From positions 832,001 through 896,000 of the forward strand of contig CAVWWD010000003.1 of NCBI GenBank assembly GCA_963758635.1: DNA of 64,000 nt, read 5' to 3'. Of the stretch, positions 29,326 to 38,127 are shown in pieces. The DNA is from an uncultured Candidatus Rokubacteria bacterium. GTDB taxonomy: Bacteria; Methylomirabilota; Methylomirabilia; Rokubacteriales; CSP1-6. The translations under genes and the position numbers were made by a program. The notes under the pieces were generated by a model, which saw only the letters and a program-made list of their open reading frames with translations, was not told the DNA's origin and did no database searches. Numbering within the stretch: position 1 is the stretch's first letter; the number at the start of each line of letters is the position of its first letter.

Positions 29326-30722
29326 GCGCGCGGCGTCCGGGCGATGGCCTGCCGGGCCGCGGCGAGGGCCTGCTTCACGGCCTCGGGCGCGGTGCCGCCG
29401 ACGACGGCGCGCGCGGCGAGCGACGCCTCGACGGTGAGGGCCGCGTGCACGTCGGGCCCGATCAAGGGCGAGAAGCTCCGGAGGTCGTCGAGCGACAGCT
29501 CGGAGAGCTCCTTGCCGGTGGCGAGGCCGTGCCGCACCGCGCGGCCCACCACCTCGTGAGCCTCGCGAAAGGGCAGGCCCTTGCGGACCAGATAGTCGGC
29601 GAGGTCGGTGGCCGTCGAGTAGTGCGCGCCCGCGGCGTCGCGCATGCGCTCGACCTTGAAGGTCAGCGTCTTCAGCATCGGGGGCACGACGCGGAGGATC
29701 GCCTCCAGCGTGTCGACGCTGTCGAACAGCGGCTCCTTGTCCTCTTGCATGTCGGAGTTGTAGGTGAGGGGCAGGCCCTTCATGGTCGTGAGCAGCGCGA
29801 CGAGGTTCCCGTAGAGACGGCCCGACTTTCCGCGGATCAGCTCGGCCACGTCAGGGTTCTTCTTCTGCGGCATGATCGACGAGCCGGTGGCGAAGGCGTC
29901 GGCGAACTCCACGAACGCGAACTCGCTGGTGGCCCAGAGGGTCAGGTCGCCGGCGAGCCGCGAGAAGTGCATGCCCAGGATGGCCGCGGCGGCGAGGAAC
30001 TCGAGGAGGTGGTCGCGGTCGCTCACCGCGTCGAGGCTGTTGGCGGTGGGCGCGGCGAAGTCGAGGTCGCGCGCGAGGGCGGCGCGGTCGATGGGAAAGG
30101 CGGCGCCGGCGAGCGCGGCCGCGCCGAGCGGGAGCAGGTTGGCGCGCGCGCGCGCGTCGGCGAAGCGGGCGCGGTCGCGCTGGAGCATGCTCACGTAGGC
30201 GAGCAGGTGGTGCGACAGCAGCACGGGCTGGGCGCGCTGCAGATGCGTGTAGCCCGGCATGGGCGCGCCCAGGTGCTCCTCGGCGCGGTCGGCCAGCGCC
30301 TCCTGGACGTCGCGCACGCCCGCGTCCACGTGGTCGATGGTCTCGCGGAGGTAGAGGCGCTCGTCGAGCGCGATCTGGTCGTTGCGCGATCGGCCCGTGT
30401 GGAGCTTGCCGCCCACCGGCCCCACCAGCTCGATGAGCCGGCGCTCCACGTTGGTGTGGATGTCCTCCAGCTCCTGCCGGAACGGAAAGCGCCCGCCCTC
30501 GATCTCCTCGCGCACGGCGTCGAGGCCGCCGAGGAGCGTGTCGCGCTCGGCCGCGGTGAGAAGCCCGGCGCCGAAGAGCGCGCGGGCCCACGCCGCGCTC
30601 CCCGCGAGGTCGTGCCGCCACAGGCGCCGGTCGAAGCGGAGGGACGCGGTGAAGGCCTCCGCGGTGGGATCGGCCGCCGCGTCGAAGCGGCCGCCCCACG
30701 TCTTGCCCGACGGAGCGGTCAT
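29322..30722 (-). CDS. argH: Argininosuccinate lyase
   Basis: WGGRF; HTGRSRNDQ; MPGYTHLQRAQP; GSSIMPQKKNPD. Confidence 0.95.
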   Translation of the reverse strand: MTAPSGKTWGGRFDAAADPTAEAFTASLRFDRRLWRHDLAGSAAWARALFGAGLLTAAERDTLLGGLDAVREEIEGGRFPFRQELEDIHTNVERRLIELVGPVGGKLHTGRSRNDQIALDERLYLRETIDHVDAGVRDVQEALADRAEEHLGAPMPGYTHLQRAQPVLLSHHLLAYVSMLQRDRARFADARARANLLPLGAAALAGAAFPIDRAALARDLDFAAPTANSLDAVSDRDHLLEFLAAAAILGMHFSRLAGDLTLWATSEFAFVEFADAFATGSSIMPQKKNPDVAELIRGKSGRLYGNLVALLTTMKGLPLTYNSDMQEDKEPLFDSVDTLEAILRVVPPMLKTLTFKVERMRDAAGAHYSTATDLADYLVRKGLPFREAHEVVGRAVRHGLATGKELSELSLDDLRSFSPLIGPDVHAALTVEASLAARAVVGGTAPEAVKQALAAARQAIARTPRA

Positions 30723-31519
30723 GGCGCGTGCGGGCGTCGGGCGGCGGGCGCCGCGCCGGCGGGGACGGGCTCGAGCAGGGCGGCGATCTCGTCCATGATG
30801 CGTCCGGTGACGGCGTGCCGGACGCTCCGGGCGCGACCGGTCGCGGTCGTCGCGCGCTCGGCCGACGCCTCCGGGCGCACGTCGAGAGGAGGCCCGAAGC
30901 GCACGGACAGCGGATGCCGCCGCGGGATGTAGAGCCGCCGCCTGGTCAGCGCTTCGAACGTGCCGCGGATCGCCGCGGGAACCACCGGCACCCGGGCCCG
31001 CATGGCGAGCGCGGCGACACCGGGCTGCCCGGGGACGAGGCGGCCCTCGCGGCTCCACGGCCCCTCGGGGAAGATGCCGACCACGCCGCCCCGGCGGAGC
31101 ACGCGCAGCGCGCGCCGCATCGCGCCCGGATCCGGCCGGTCCACGTCGATGCAGATGGAGCCGATGCGGTCGTGGAACGACGGATGGAGCGGGCTCGCGC
31201 GATAGACGCGCGGCATGACGAGAAACGCGATCGGCCGCGGGACGGCGATGCCGAGCACGATGCCGTCGAGGTAGTTGTGGTGATTGGCGGCCACGATGAA
31301 GGGACCGGCGGGGAGGTGCTCGAGACCGGAGACCTCAAGACGGAACTGCGACCGGAGGATCGGCGCCAGGAGGCTTCGCAGGGCCCCGTACAGTGGAGGG
31401 AACGGCTCGCTCGTCCGAGTCCGACCGACAACCCGCTCCGCGGACTGGGATGCGGCGACCCCTGGCAGCGCCGGCGGCGCCAGCGCGCCAGCTCCACCTC
31501 GCTCATCGCCCGCGCTCAT
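30719..31519 (-). CDS. Lysophospholipid acyltransferase (PlsC family)
   Basis: ANHHNYLD (HX4D); IFPEG; PVVPAAIRG. Confidence 0.85.
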   Translation of the reverse strand: MSAGDERGGAGALAPPALPGVAASQSAERVVGRTRTSEPFPPLYGALRSLLAPILRSQFRLEVSGLEHLPAGPFIVAANHHNYLDGIVLGIAVPRPIAFLVMPRVYRASPLHPSFHDRIGSICIDVDRPDPGAMRRALRVLRRGGVVGIFPEGPWSREGRLVPGQPGVAALAMRARVPVVPAAIRGTFEALTRRRLYIPRRHPLSVRFGPPLDVRPEASAERATTATGRARSVRHAVTGRIMDEIAALLEPVPAGAAPAARRPHAP

Positions 31520-31568
31520 GACCCGGTCGGTTATAGCACCCGGTCGGGGAGAGGACAAGGCGAGGAGG

Positions 31569-31604
31569 CCCACCGCTCGGCATTGGTCTGACGCTCGGGG
31601 CTCA
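31569..31604 (+). repeat. Family A element, 3'-half copy
   Basis: CCCACCGCTCGGCATTGGTCTGACGCTCGGGGCTCA; the terminal TCA is the mltG stop codon. Confidence 0.8.
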
Positions 31605-32660
31605 CTGGCGCGGCTTGCTCGACCGGTATCGCGCCACCGCGGCATTGTGCTCGGCCAGGCTCGTGGAGAACTTGTGCTGCCGCTCGTTCATCGCCACGAA
31701 GTACAGGTAGTCGGTGACGGCGGGGCGCACGGCGGCGTCGATGGCCGCGCGACCGGGGCTGCCGATGGGACCGGGCGGGAGCCCGACGTAGCGGTAGGTG
31801 TTGAAGGGCGAGTCCACCTGGAGGTCGGCACGCGTCAGGGCGTGGCCCTGCTTGTCCAGGGCGTACTGCACGGTGGGGTCGGCCTGGAGCGGGATGTCCC
31901 GCTTGAGCCGGTTCCAGAACACGCCCGAGATCAGCGGCATCTCCTTCCGGTCGACCGCCTCGCGCTCGATGATGGAGGCGAGCGTCAGGAGCCGGTGCAG
32001 CGACAGGTCGCGCGCCTTCGCCAGCTCGAGCGTCTCCCGGGAGATCTGATCCCGCATGCGCGTCAGCATCCGCCCGAGGATCTCCTCGGGCGTCATCCCC
32101 TTCACGAGCTGGTACGTGTCCGGGAACAGGTAGCCCTCCAGGCTCTCGGCCTCGACCCCCACGCTCCGGAGGAACGCGCGGTCGTGGGCCACGCGCAGGA
32201 GGTCTTCGGCTGCGGCCACCCGCTCCGACTCGACGGCGCGGGCGAGCTCGACCAGCGTCCCGCCCTCGCGCAGCAGCACGGGATGGTGGAGCACCTTGCC
32301 GCTCTCGAGCAGGCGCAGCACGGTCATGGTGGTCGCGCCCTGGGGAATCTCGTACTCGCCGGCCTTGAGGCTGCGGGCGCTGCCCCTCGCCCAGGCCAGG
32401 ACCACGAAGCCGAGCCGGCTCCTGATCACACCTGCCTCGTCAAGGCGCTGGACCATCGTCAGGAGGCTGAGCCGGAGCGGGATGTCGACCACCCGGGGGC
32501 TCGACTGCACGGTGGGAGAGGGGGTGAACGTCCACCATGCATGGAGAGCCACGAAGACGGCCGCGAGTGCGAGGAGGAGACGAACCGCCCTCCTCCACGT
32601 CAGGCCAGGCCGAGCGCCGGGCTCGACGCGGGCCTTGAGGGTCCAGGGCCGATCCGTCAT
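31602..32660 (-). CDS. mltG: Endolytic transglycosylase
   Basis: LKAGEY; LEGYLFPDTY; LASIIERE; LQADPTVQY; SPFNTY..GLPPGPI.SPG; YLYFVA. Confidence 0.92.
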   Translation of the reverse strand: MTDRPWTLKARVEPGARPGLTWRRAVRLLLALAAVFVALHAWWTFTPSPTVQSSPRVVDIPLRLSLLTMVQRLDEAGVIRSRLGFVVLAWARGSARSLKAGEYEIPQGATTMTVLRLLESGKVLHHPVLLREGGTLVELARAVESERVAAAEDLLRVAHDRAFLRSVGVEAESLEGYLFPDTYQLVKGMTPEEILGRMLTRMRDQISRETLELAKARDLSLHRLLTLASIIEREAVDRKEMPLISGVFWNRLKRDIPLQADPTVQYALDKQGHALTRADLQVDSPFNTYRYVGLPPGPIGSPGRAAIDAAVRPAVTDYLYFVAMNERQHKFSTSLAEHNAAVARYRSSKPRQ

Positions 32661-32725
32661 CGTTCGCGCTTACTTTGCCCGGACTTGGACGGTGAGTCAA
32701 CTTCCCAAGCGCTCATCGGCCCCTC

Positions 32726-32734
32726 TGTTATACT
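32726..32734 (+). promoter_or_regulatory. Extended -10 promoter TGnTATACT for the rpoA gene
   Basis: TGTTATACT lies 45 nt upstream of the ATG, with a GGAGG RBS. Confidence 0.55.
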
Positions 32735-32779
32735 GTGTGGCCGGGGTCGTCGCCCCGCAATCTTCCTGGAGGAAATCAC

Positions 32780-33787
32780 ATGCCGCAGCTGCTGATGCCC
32801 AACCGTCACGAGTGGCTGAGCGAGGATCGGGGATACGGCAAGCTCGCCGTCGAGCCGTTCGAGCCCGGTCTGGCCCTCACGGTGGGGAACGCGTATCGCC
32901 GCGCCCTGCTGTCGTCCATCCACGGGGCGGCGCCGACCTGGGCGAAGATCGAGGGCGTCCTGCACGAGTTCTCGCACCTGCAGGGCATCACCGAGGACAC
33001 CCTGAACATCATCATGAACCTGCGGACGGTCGTGTTCGCGCTCCACGTGAACCGGCCGAAGATCTTGAGGCTCCGCGCCACGGGGCCTCGCACGGTGAAG
33101 GCGGGAGACTTCGAGCCCGACGCTGACGTGGACATCCTGACGCCGGACGTGATCGTGGCGGTGCTGGACAAGGACGGGTCGCTCGAGCTCGAGCTGTGCG
33201 TGGAGCGCGGGCGCGGCTACCAGGCCGCGGAGCGCCGCGAGCCGGAGGCCCTGCCCATCAACGCGATGCTCATCGACTCGGACTTCTCTCCCGTCAAGCG
33301 GGTCAACTTCCACGTGGAGTCGCCCCCGGGGGAGGCGCCCGCGCAGGAGCGGCTCGTCCTCGAGGTGTGGACCAACGGCAGCGTGACCCCCCAGGCCGCG
33401 GTGGCCGAGGCGTCCCGCATCCTCGAGGACCACTTCAGCCTGCTGAGCGACTTCCCGCAGCGGCCCGCGGAGGAGACGGAGCGCCGCGAGCCCGGCGCGG
33501 AGCCGCTGCCCAGGGTGGAGCTGAACGAGCACCTGTTCAGGAACGTCGACGAGCTGGAGCTGTCGGTGCGGGCGTCCAACTGCCTCAAGACCGCGAACAT
33601 CCGCACGATCGCCGACCTCGTCCAGAAGACGGAGTCGGAGCTCCTGAAGACGAAGAACTTCGGCAAGAAGTCCCTCAACGAGATCAAGACGATCCTGGGA
33701 GAGATGGGGCTCTCCCTGGGACTCCGTCTTGAGCCGGAAGAGCTGGAGCGGCTCCGCGCCCTGTACGAGCGCACGTTCGAGAGCTAG
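32780..33787 (+). CDS. rpoA: DNA-directed RNA polymerase subunit alpha, stand-alone and probably a paralog
   Basis: [26 protein letters not shown]; alpha[26 protein letters not shown]; no rpsD or rplQ neighbours. Confidence 0.92.
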   Translation: MPQLLMPNRHEWLSEDRGYGKLAVEPFEPGLALTVGNAYRRALLSSIHGAAPTWAKIEGVLHEFSHLQGITEDTLNIIMNLRTVVFALHVNRPKILRLRATGPRTVKAGDFEPDADVDILTPDVIVAVLDKDGSLELELCVERGRGYQAAERREPEALPINAMLIDSDFSPVKRVNFHVESPPGEAPAQERLVLEVWTNGSVTPQAAVAEASRILEDHFSLLSDFPQRPAEETERREPGAEPLPRVELNEHLFRNVDELELSVRASNCLKTANIRTIADLVQKTESELLKTKNFGKKSLNEIKTILGEMGLSLGLRLEPEELERLRALYERTFES

Positions 33788-33817
33788 GTCGGCCGCCCTC
33801 CCGCTTCCCGCGCGTCC

Positions 33818-33852
33818 CATCACGGCCCCCGGCGACCCCGGGGGCCGTGGTG
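33818..33852. terminator. 15-bp hairpin between convergent genes
   Basis: CATCACGGCCCCCGG-cgacc-CCGGGGGCCGTGGTG; no clear U-tract. Confidence 0.55.
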
Positions 33853-33923
33853 TGTCCGGGACCGGGTCAGGACGCGCCCCCGTCGTAGGGCGGCCCGCCG
33901 GGGCACGCCTGCCAAGCGGCGCG

Positions 33924-34973
33924 TCACCTCGCCGCCGGCCTCGCCTCGAGGGCCCCGAACGCCACCGCGAGCCGGCGCGGGTCGGAGGGCTGTCCGCGGC
34001 TCGCGCGGGCGAACCGGAACCGCAGCAGGTTCTCGTCGGGCCGAAGCGCCGGCGCGGGGAGCCTCACGTGATACTCGCTCCAGCCCCGATCCAGGAGCAG
34101 GCGTCCCGCGCGCGAGCCGTTGACCGACACTTCCACGTGCTGGCACGGCAGCTCGTCCTTGACCACGAAGGGTGCCAGCCGCAGCCGGAGGTCGTGATCG
34201 GACCGGCCGAGCGGCCCGATCCGGAGGACGGACTCGTCGCCCTCCGCCCACACGAACGGCGCCGCGCCGGCCCAGCGCTCGTCTCCCGACCAGCCGGAGA
34301 GCATCGCCGCCCGTCCCTCATGGCGGCCGAACGCGACGGTGGCCGCCGGCGGTCCGACGGCGGCGGCCGCATCGGCGCCGGTCCGTTGCGCCCCGAGGGT
34401 GCGCTCGTAGCTCACGAAGAAGGGCAACAGCAGCGCGGCGGCGCCGGCGGGGAGGACCCACAGCCAGCGCCACGCGGGACCGGGACTCTGCGGCGCGCCG
34501 GGCAGGGCCACGCGGGCGAGGAGGGCGCCGCTCACGGTTCCGAGCAGGGCGCCCCCGACGATGTCGATGGCGAAGTGGGCCTGCAGGTAGAGCCGGGCCG
34601 CCGCGGTGAGGACAGCGAGCAGGAACACCACGGGGCCCAGCCGCGGATAGGCCCGCGCGGCCACGGCGGCGAAGGCGAACGCGATGGTGGCATGGCCGGA
34701 CGGGAACCCGTAGCTCGACGCCGTGCTCGAGGGCCGCGGCGACTCCACCACCAGCTTCAGGACGTTGGCGAGGATCCCCGCGGCCACGACGCCCGCCAGC
34801 GCCACGACGCCGAGCCGGGCGAGACGACTCCGCCCCGTGGCGCGACCCGCCACGACGAGCCCGACGCTCAGCGCGCCCGCGACCGCGCCGTGTCCGAGCG
34901 CGCTCGCCGCCCGCATGACGTGGTACGCGCCCGGAACGGATGCGACCGCGCATCCGGCGTCGATCGGATCCAC
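33924..34973 (-). CDS. PAP2 family phosphatase with a C-terminal beta-sandwich-like extracellular domain
   Basis: K.VVESPRP; FPSGH; RLYLQAHFAIDIVGG. Confidence 0.85.
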   Translation of the reverse strand: MDPIDAGCAVASVPGAYHVMRAASALGHGAVAGALSVGLVVAGRATGRSRLARLGVVALAGVVAAGILANVLKLVVESPRPSSTASSYGFPSGHATIAFAFAAVAARAYPRLGPVVFLLAVLTAAARLYLQAHFAIDIVGGALLGTVSGALLARVALPGAPQSPGPAWRWLWVLPAGAAALLLPFFVSYERTLGAQRTGADAAAAVGPPAATVAFGRHEGRAAMLSGWSGDERWAGAAPFVWAEGDESVLRIGPLGRSDHDLRLRLAPFVVKDELPCQHVEVSVNGSRAGRLLLDRGWSEYHVRLPAPALRPDENLLRFRFARASRGQPSDPRRLAVAFGALEARPAAR

Positions 34974-34982
34974 GCGCGGATT

Positions 34983-37451
34983 CTACTCCCTCACATCGGC
35001 GGCGCCTCCCCGTCCAGCGCGATCCGCTCCGTCGTGCGCGATCCCCAGCGCGTGACCCAGACGCTGACGCCGTCCGACTCCACGATCACCGCGCCATCGC
35101 GATCCGTCCGGTAGCACGCGCGCGCCCGCCGCTTGAAGCCGCGCGAGGGTCTCCGGGCGAGGGTGCTGGAAGGGGTTCCGGGCTCCCGCCGAGATCACCG
35201 CGAGCGTGGGTCGTGTGGCGGCCAGGAACGGCTCCGAGCTTCCGAAGCGGCTCCCGTGGTGCGCCACCTTCAGGACGAGGGCGGGGGCGGGGGGCCCGCG
35301 CGCGACGATCTCCTGCTCGGCCCGCCAGCCGATGTCCCCGGTGAAGAGGAGCGACACGCCGCGCCAGTCCAGCCGCATCACGAGCGAGGCGTCGTTCTCG
35401 CTGCGCGCGTCCACGTCGGTCCCAGCACGGCAACGGGCTTCGGCGTCGGGCCTTGCGCGGCCTCGTCGGCCGCGCGGGGCGCCGTGGGGTGGAGCATGGT
35501 GACGAGCGCGGATCCCATCTGGAGCCGCTGACCGGAGGCGAGCACCCGCCGGGGGGCGCCCGACGCGGCGATGGCCCGGAGCGTGTCCTCGGTTCCCTTG
35601 CCCCAGAGGCCGTTCTCCCAGAACTCCCCGACCCGGAAGTTGCGCGCGACGGCGGCGAGTCCTCCGGAGTGGTCGGGATCGGAGTGCGACACGACCACGG
35701 CGTGGAGGTGGGTGACCGGGCGGTTCCAGAGGAACGGGGCGAGGATGCGCTCTCCGACGTTGAAGCGCCCAGGGCCTCCGGGGCCGCCGTCCACCAGGAG
35801 CCGCTTCCCGTCGGGAAGCTCGACCAGGGCGGCGTCGCCCTGTCCCACGTCGAGGAAGGTCACCCGTAGCCGGCCGTCCGATGGTCGCACCCACGGCCAG
35901 AGCGTGAGCGCCAGCACCAGGAGCGCGAGGCTTCCCACCGCTGCGCGCACCGCGGCGCCGGCGCCGAGCCAGGGGAGGAGCGCGGCCGCGGCGTACCACG
36001 CGACCATGCCGAGCCAGTCGGGAGCGGGCAGGTGCACCATGGCCCACGGGACGCACGCGACCACCCAGACAGACGCCTTCAGCAGGACGACCACCAGCCA
36101 GACGAAGTTGAAGAGCGCGGAGGCGGCGAGGTCGCTGAGCAGCGAGAGCGTCAGGGCCAGGAGCCCGAGCGTGGTGACGGCGGCGGACAGCGGCACCACC
36201 ACGAGGTTGGCGACGACGCCGGCCAGCGAGAGCTGGTTGAAGTGCAGCAGCATCACCGGGGTGACCCCGGCCTGCGCGGCGAAGCTGACGGCGAGGCTGG
36301 CGGCGAGGATCCTCGGGCACCGCGCATGCGAAAGCGCGGCCGTGAGAGCGGGCGCCAGGTGGACGATGCCCGCCGTGGCGGCGAAGGAGAGGAGGAAGCC
36401 GGGGTCCCACAGGTCGCCCGGCCGCCAGGCGAGCACGGCGAGCGCGGCCAGGGAAAGCGCGTTCAGGAGCTGTGACTCGCGATCGAGCAGCACGCCGAGC
36501 AGCAGGGCGAGCCCCATGAGAGTGGCCCGCACCACGGACGGCTGGCCGCCCACGATCGACGCGAAGGCGATCAGGACGATGCCCGCCGCGACGGCGGTCG
36601 CGCGGCGAGGCAGCCGGGCCAGCGTGAGGACGAGGAAGACCGAGGACGCGAGGAGCGCCACGTTGAAGCCCGAGACGGCGAGCACGTGGTAGACGCCGGC
36701 GCGACGGAACGCCTCGTCGGTCTCGCGCGGGAGCCCACGGCGCTCGCCGAGGACGAGGCCGGCGAGCAGTGCCGCCGACCCCTCGGGCACGTGGCTGCCG
36801 ATGGTGGCGACGGCCCAGCGCTTCACCCGCACCGGCCACGGGGGCGCCTCCGGCGACAGCGGGGTCAGGCGATCGCCCCGGCCGCTCCCCACCAGGAGGA
36901 TGCCCTCGCGCCTCAGGTGGGCCGGGTAGTCGAAGGCCCCCGGGTTGCGGAAGCCGATCGGTCGATGGAGCGTGAGCTGCGCCGCGATCCGCTGGCCCGC
37001 GGCGAGCGGCGCCGTCTCGCCGAAGATCGTGACCTGCACCCGGCCCTCCGCCGGCCGCCGGCCTTCCGGCTCGATCAGCGCGTCGACGTCCAGGAGGAGT
37101 CGCGAGCGGTCCGGCGTCCACCGGATGGGCTCCTCGACGAGGACGCCTTCCACGCTCATGCGCGGGGACAGCGGCTGCATCACGAGGTGCTCGGGGAGAG
37201 GGCGGGGCGGGCGCGCCGCGCAGGGCGCCGAGTGTCGCGACGGCCCCCAGCAGGAGGGCGCTGGCCGTGCGTGACGCGCGCAGGCCGAGCGCGAGCGCGC
37301 CGGCGCCGAGCAGCGCGAGGGCGGCGCCAGAAACCCACGCGGAGGACAGCGGCAGCCAGGGCGTGGCGGCCAGGCCGGCCACGAAGGCGGCGGCCACCGG
37401 CAGCAGCGGAGCCGCGGCGAGGCGGCCTCGAATGCGTGGAGGAGGGCTCAC
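34983..37451 (-). CDS. comEC: Competence protein ComEC/Rec2 (several indels)
   Basis: RNPGAFDY; HVLAVSGFNV; FLDVGQGDA; SHSDPDHSGG; LKVAHHGS; ISAGARNPFQHP. Confidence 0.9.
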   Translation of the reverse strand: MSPPPRIRGRLAAAPLLPVAAAFVAGLAATPWLPLSSAWVSGAALALLGAGALALGLRASRTASALLLGAVATLGALRGAPAPPSPRAPRDAAAVPAHERGRRPRRGAHPVDAGPLATPPGRRRADRAGRPAAGGGPGAGHDLRRDGAARRGPADRGAAHAPSTDRLPQPGGLRLPGPPEARGHPPGGERPGRSPDPAVAGGAPVAGAGEALGRRHHRQPRARGVGGTARRPRPRRAPWAPARDRRGVPSRRRLPRARRLGLQRGAPRVLGLPRPHAGPAASPRDRRRGGHRPDRLRVDRGRPAVRGAGHSHGARPAARRAARSRVTAPERAFPGRARRARLAAGRPVGPRLPPLLRRHGGHRPPGARSHGRAFACAVPEDPRRQPRRQLRRAGRGHPGDAAALQPALAGRRRRQPRGGAAVRRRHHARAPGPDALAAQRPRRLRALQLRLAGGRPAEGVCLGGRVRPVGHGAPARSRLARHGRVVRRGRAPPLARRRRRGARSGGKPRAPGAGAHALAVGATIGRPATGDLPRRGTGRRRPGRASRREAAPGGRRPRRPWALQRRRAHPRPVPLEPPGHPPPRRGRVALRSRPLRRTRRRRAQLPGRGVLGERPLGQGNRGHAPGHRRVGRPPAGARLRSAAPDGIRARHHAPPHGAPRGRRGRARPDAEARCRAGTDVDARSENDASLVMRLDWRGVSLLFTGDIGWRAEQEIVARGPPAPALVLKVAHHGSRFGSSEPFLAATRPTLAVISAGARNPFQHPRPETLARLQAAGARVLPDGSRWRGDRGVGRRQRLGHALGIAHDGADRAGRGGAADVRE

Positions 37452-37496
37452 TGGGTCCGCCCGCGGCGAGGCGGCTCGTGATCCGCGCGCGCGGGC

Positions 37497-38000
37497 TCAC
37501 TCGGTGGCGACCACGAGGAGGTCCTTCACGGCGGCCAGCTTCTTCGGGCCGAGGCCGAGGACGCTCCGGAGCGCGTCGGTGGACTCGAAGCGTCCGCGCC
37601 GCTCGCGCTCCTCGACGATGCGGCGGGCCAGCGCGGGCCCGATGCCGGGCAGCCGTGCGATCTGCTCGCTCGACGCGGCATTGAGATCGAGGGGCCGCGG
37701 GTCCGCCGGCGCGGGAGGAGAGCGTTCCCCCGGCAGTCCGGGCTTCCCGATCAACGACTCCGACGACCGCGTGCCCTCGCTCGGGGGCGCGGCAGAGGGT
37801 TGCGGCGGCCGTGGCGCGGGGAGAGGCATCGGTGGAACGGGAAGGGCTGGCGACGGTTCGATCGGCGCCTCGCGGTCGAGCCGCTCGAGACGCTCGGCCA
37901 GCTCCGGGAAGCCGGCGCGCCACTCCCGGACGCCGAGGCCGGCGAGGAACACGAGGGCGAGGGCGAGCAGGAGCCAGAGCTGCGGGCGCGTGTACGGCAT
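37497..38000 (-). CDS. comEA: ComEA-like helix-hairpin-helix DNA-binding protein
   Basis: N-terminal TM; LDLNAAS..LPGIGPALARRIV..VLGLGPK; upstream of comEC. Confidence 0.85.
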   Translation of the reverse strand: MPYTRPQLWLLLALALVFLAGLGVREWRAGFPELAERLERLDREAPIEPSPALPVPPMPLPAPRPPQPSAAPPSEGTRSSESLIGKPGLPGERSPPAPADPRPLDLNAASSEQIARLPGIGPALARRIVEERERRGRFESTDALRSVLGLGPKKLAAVKDLLVVATE

Positions 38001-38127
38001 CGGGGCCACGCTCTCACGCGCTCCCGGCGACGACTAGAGTGTCGGATTGGATACGGCCCGGCCCAGGGTGACCGCGGGGAACGGCGCCCGAGCCGCCGCT
38101 GGACGTAGATCGAAGGCTCTCTCGGCC

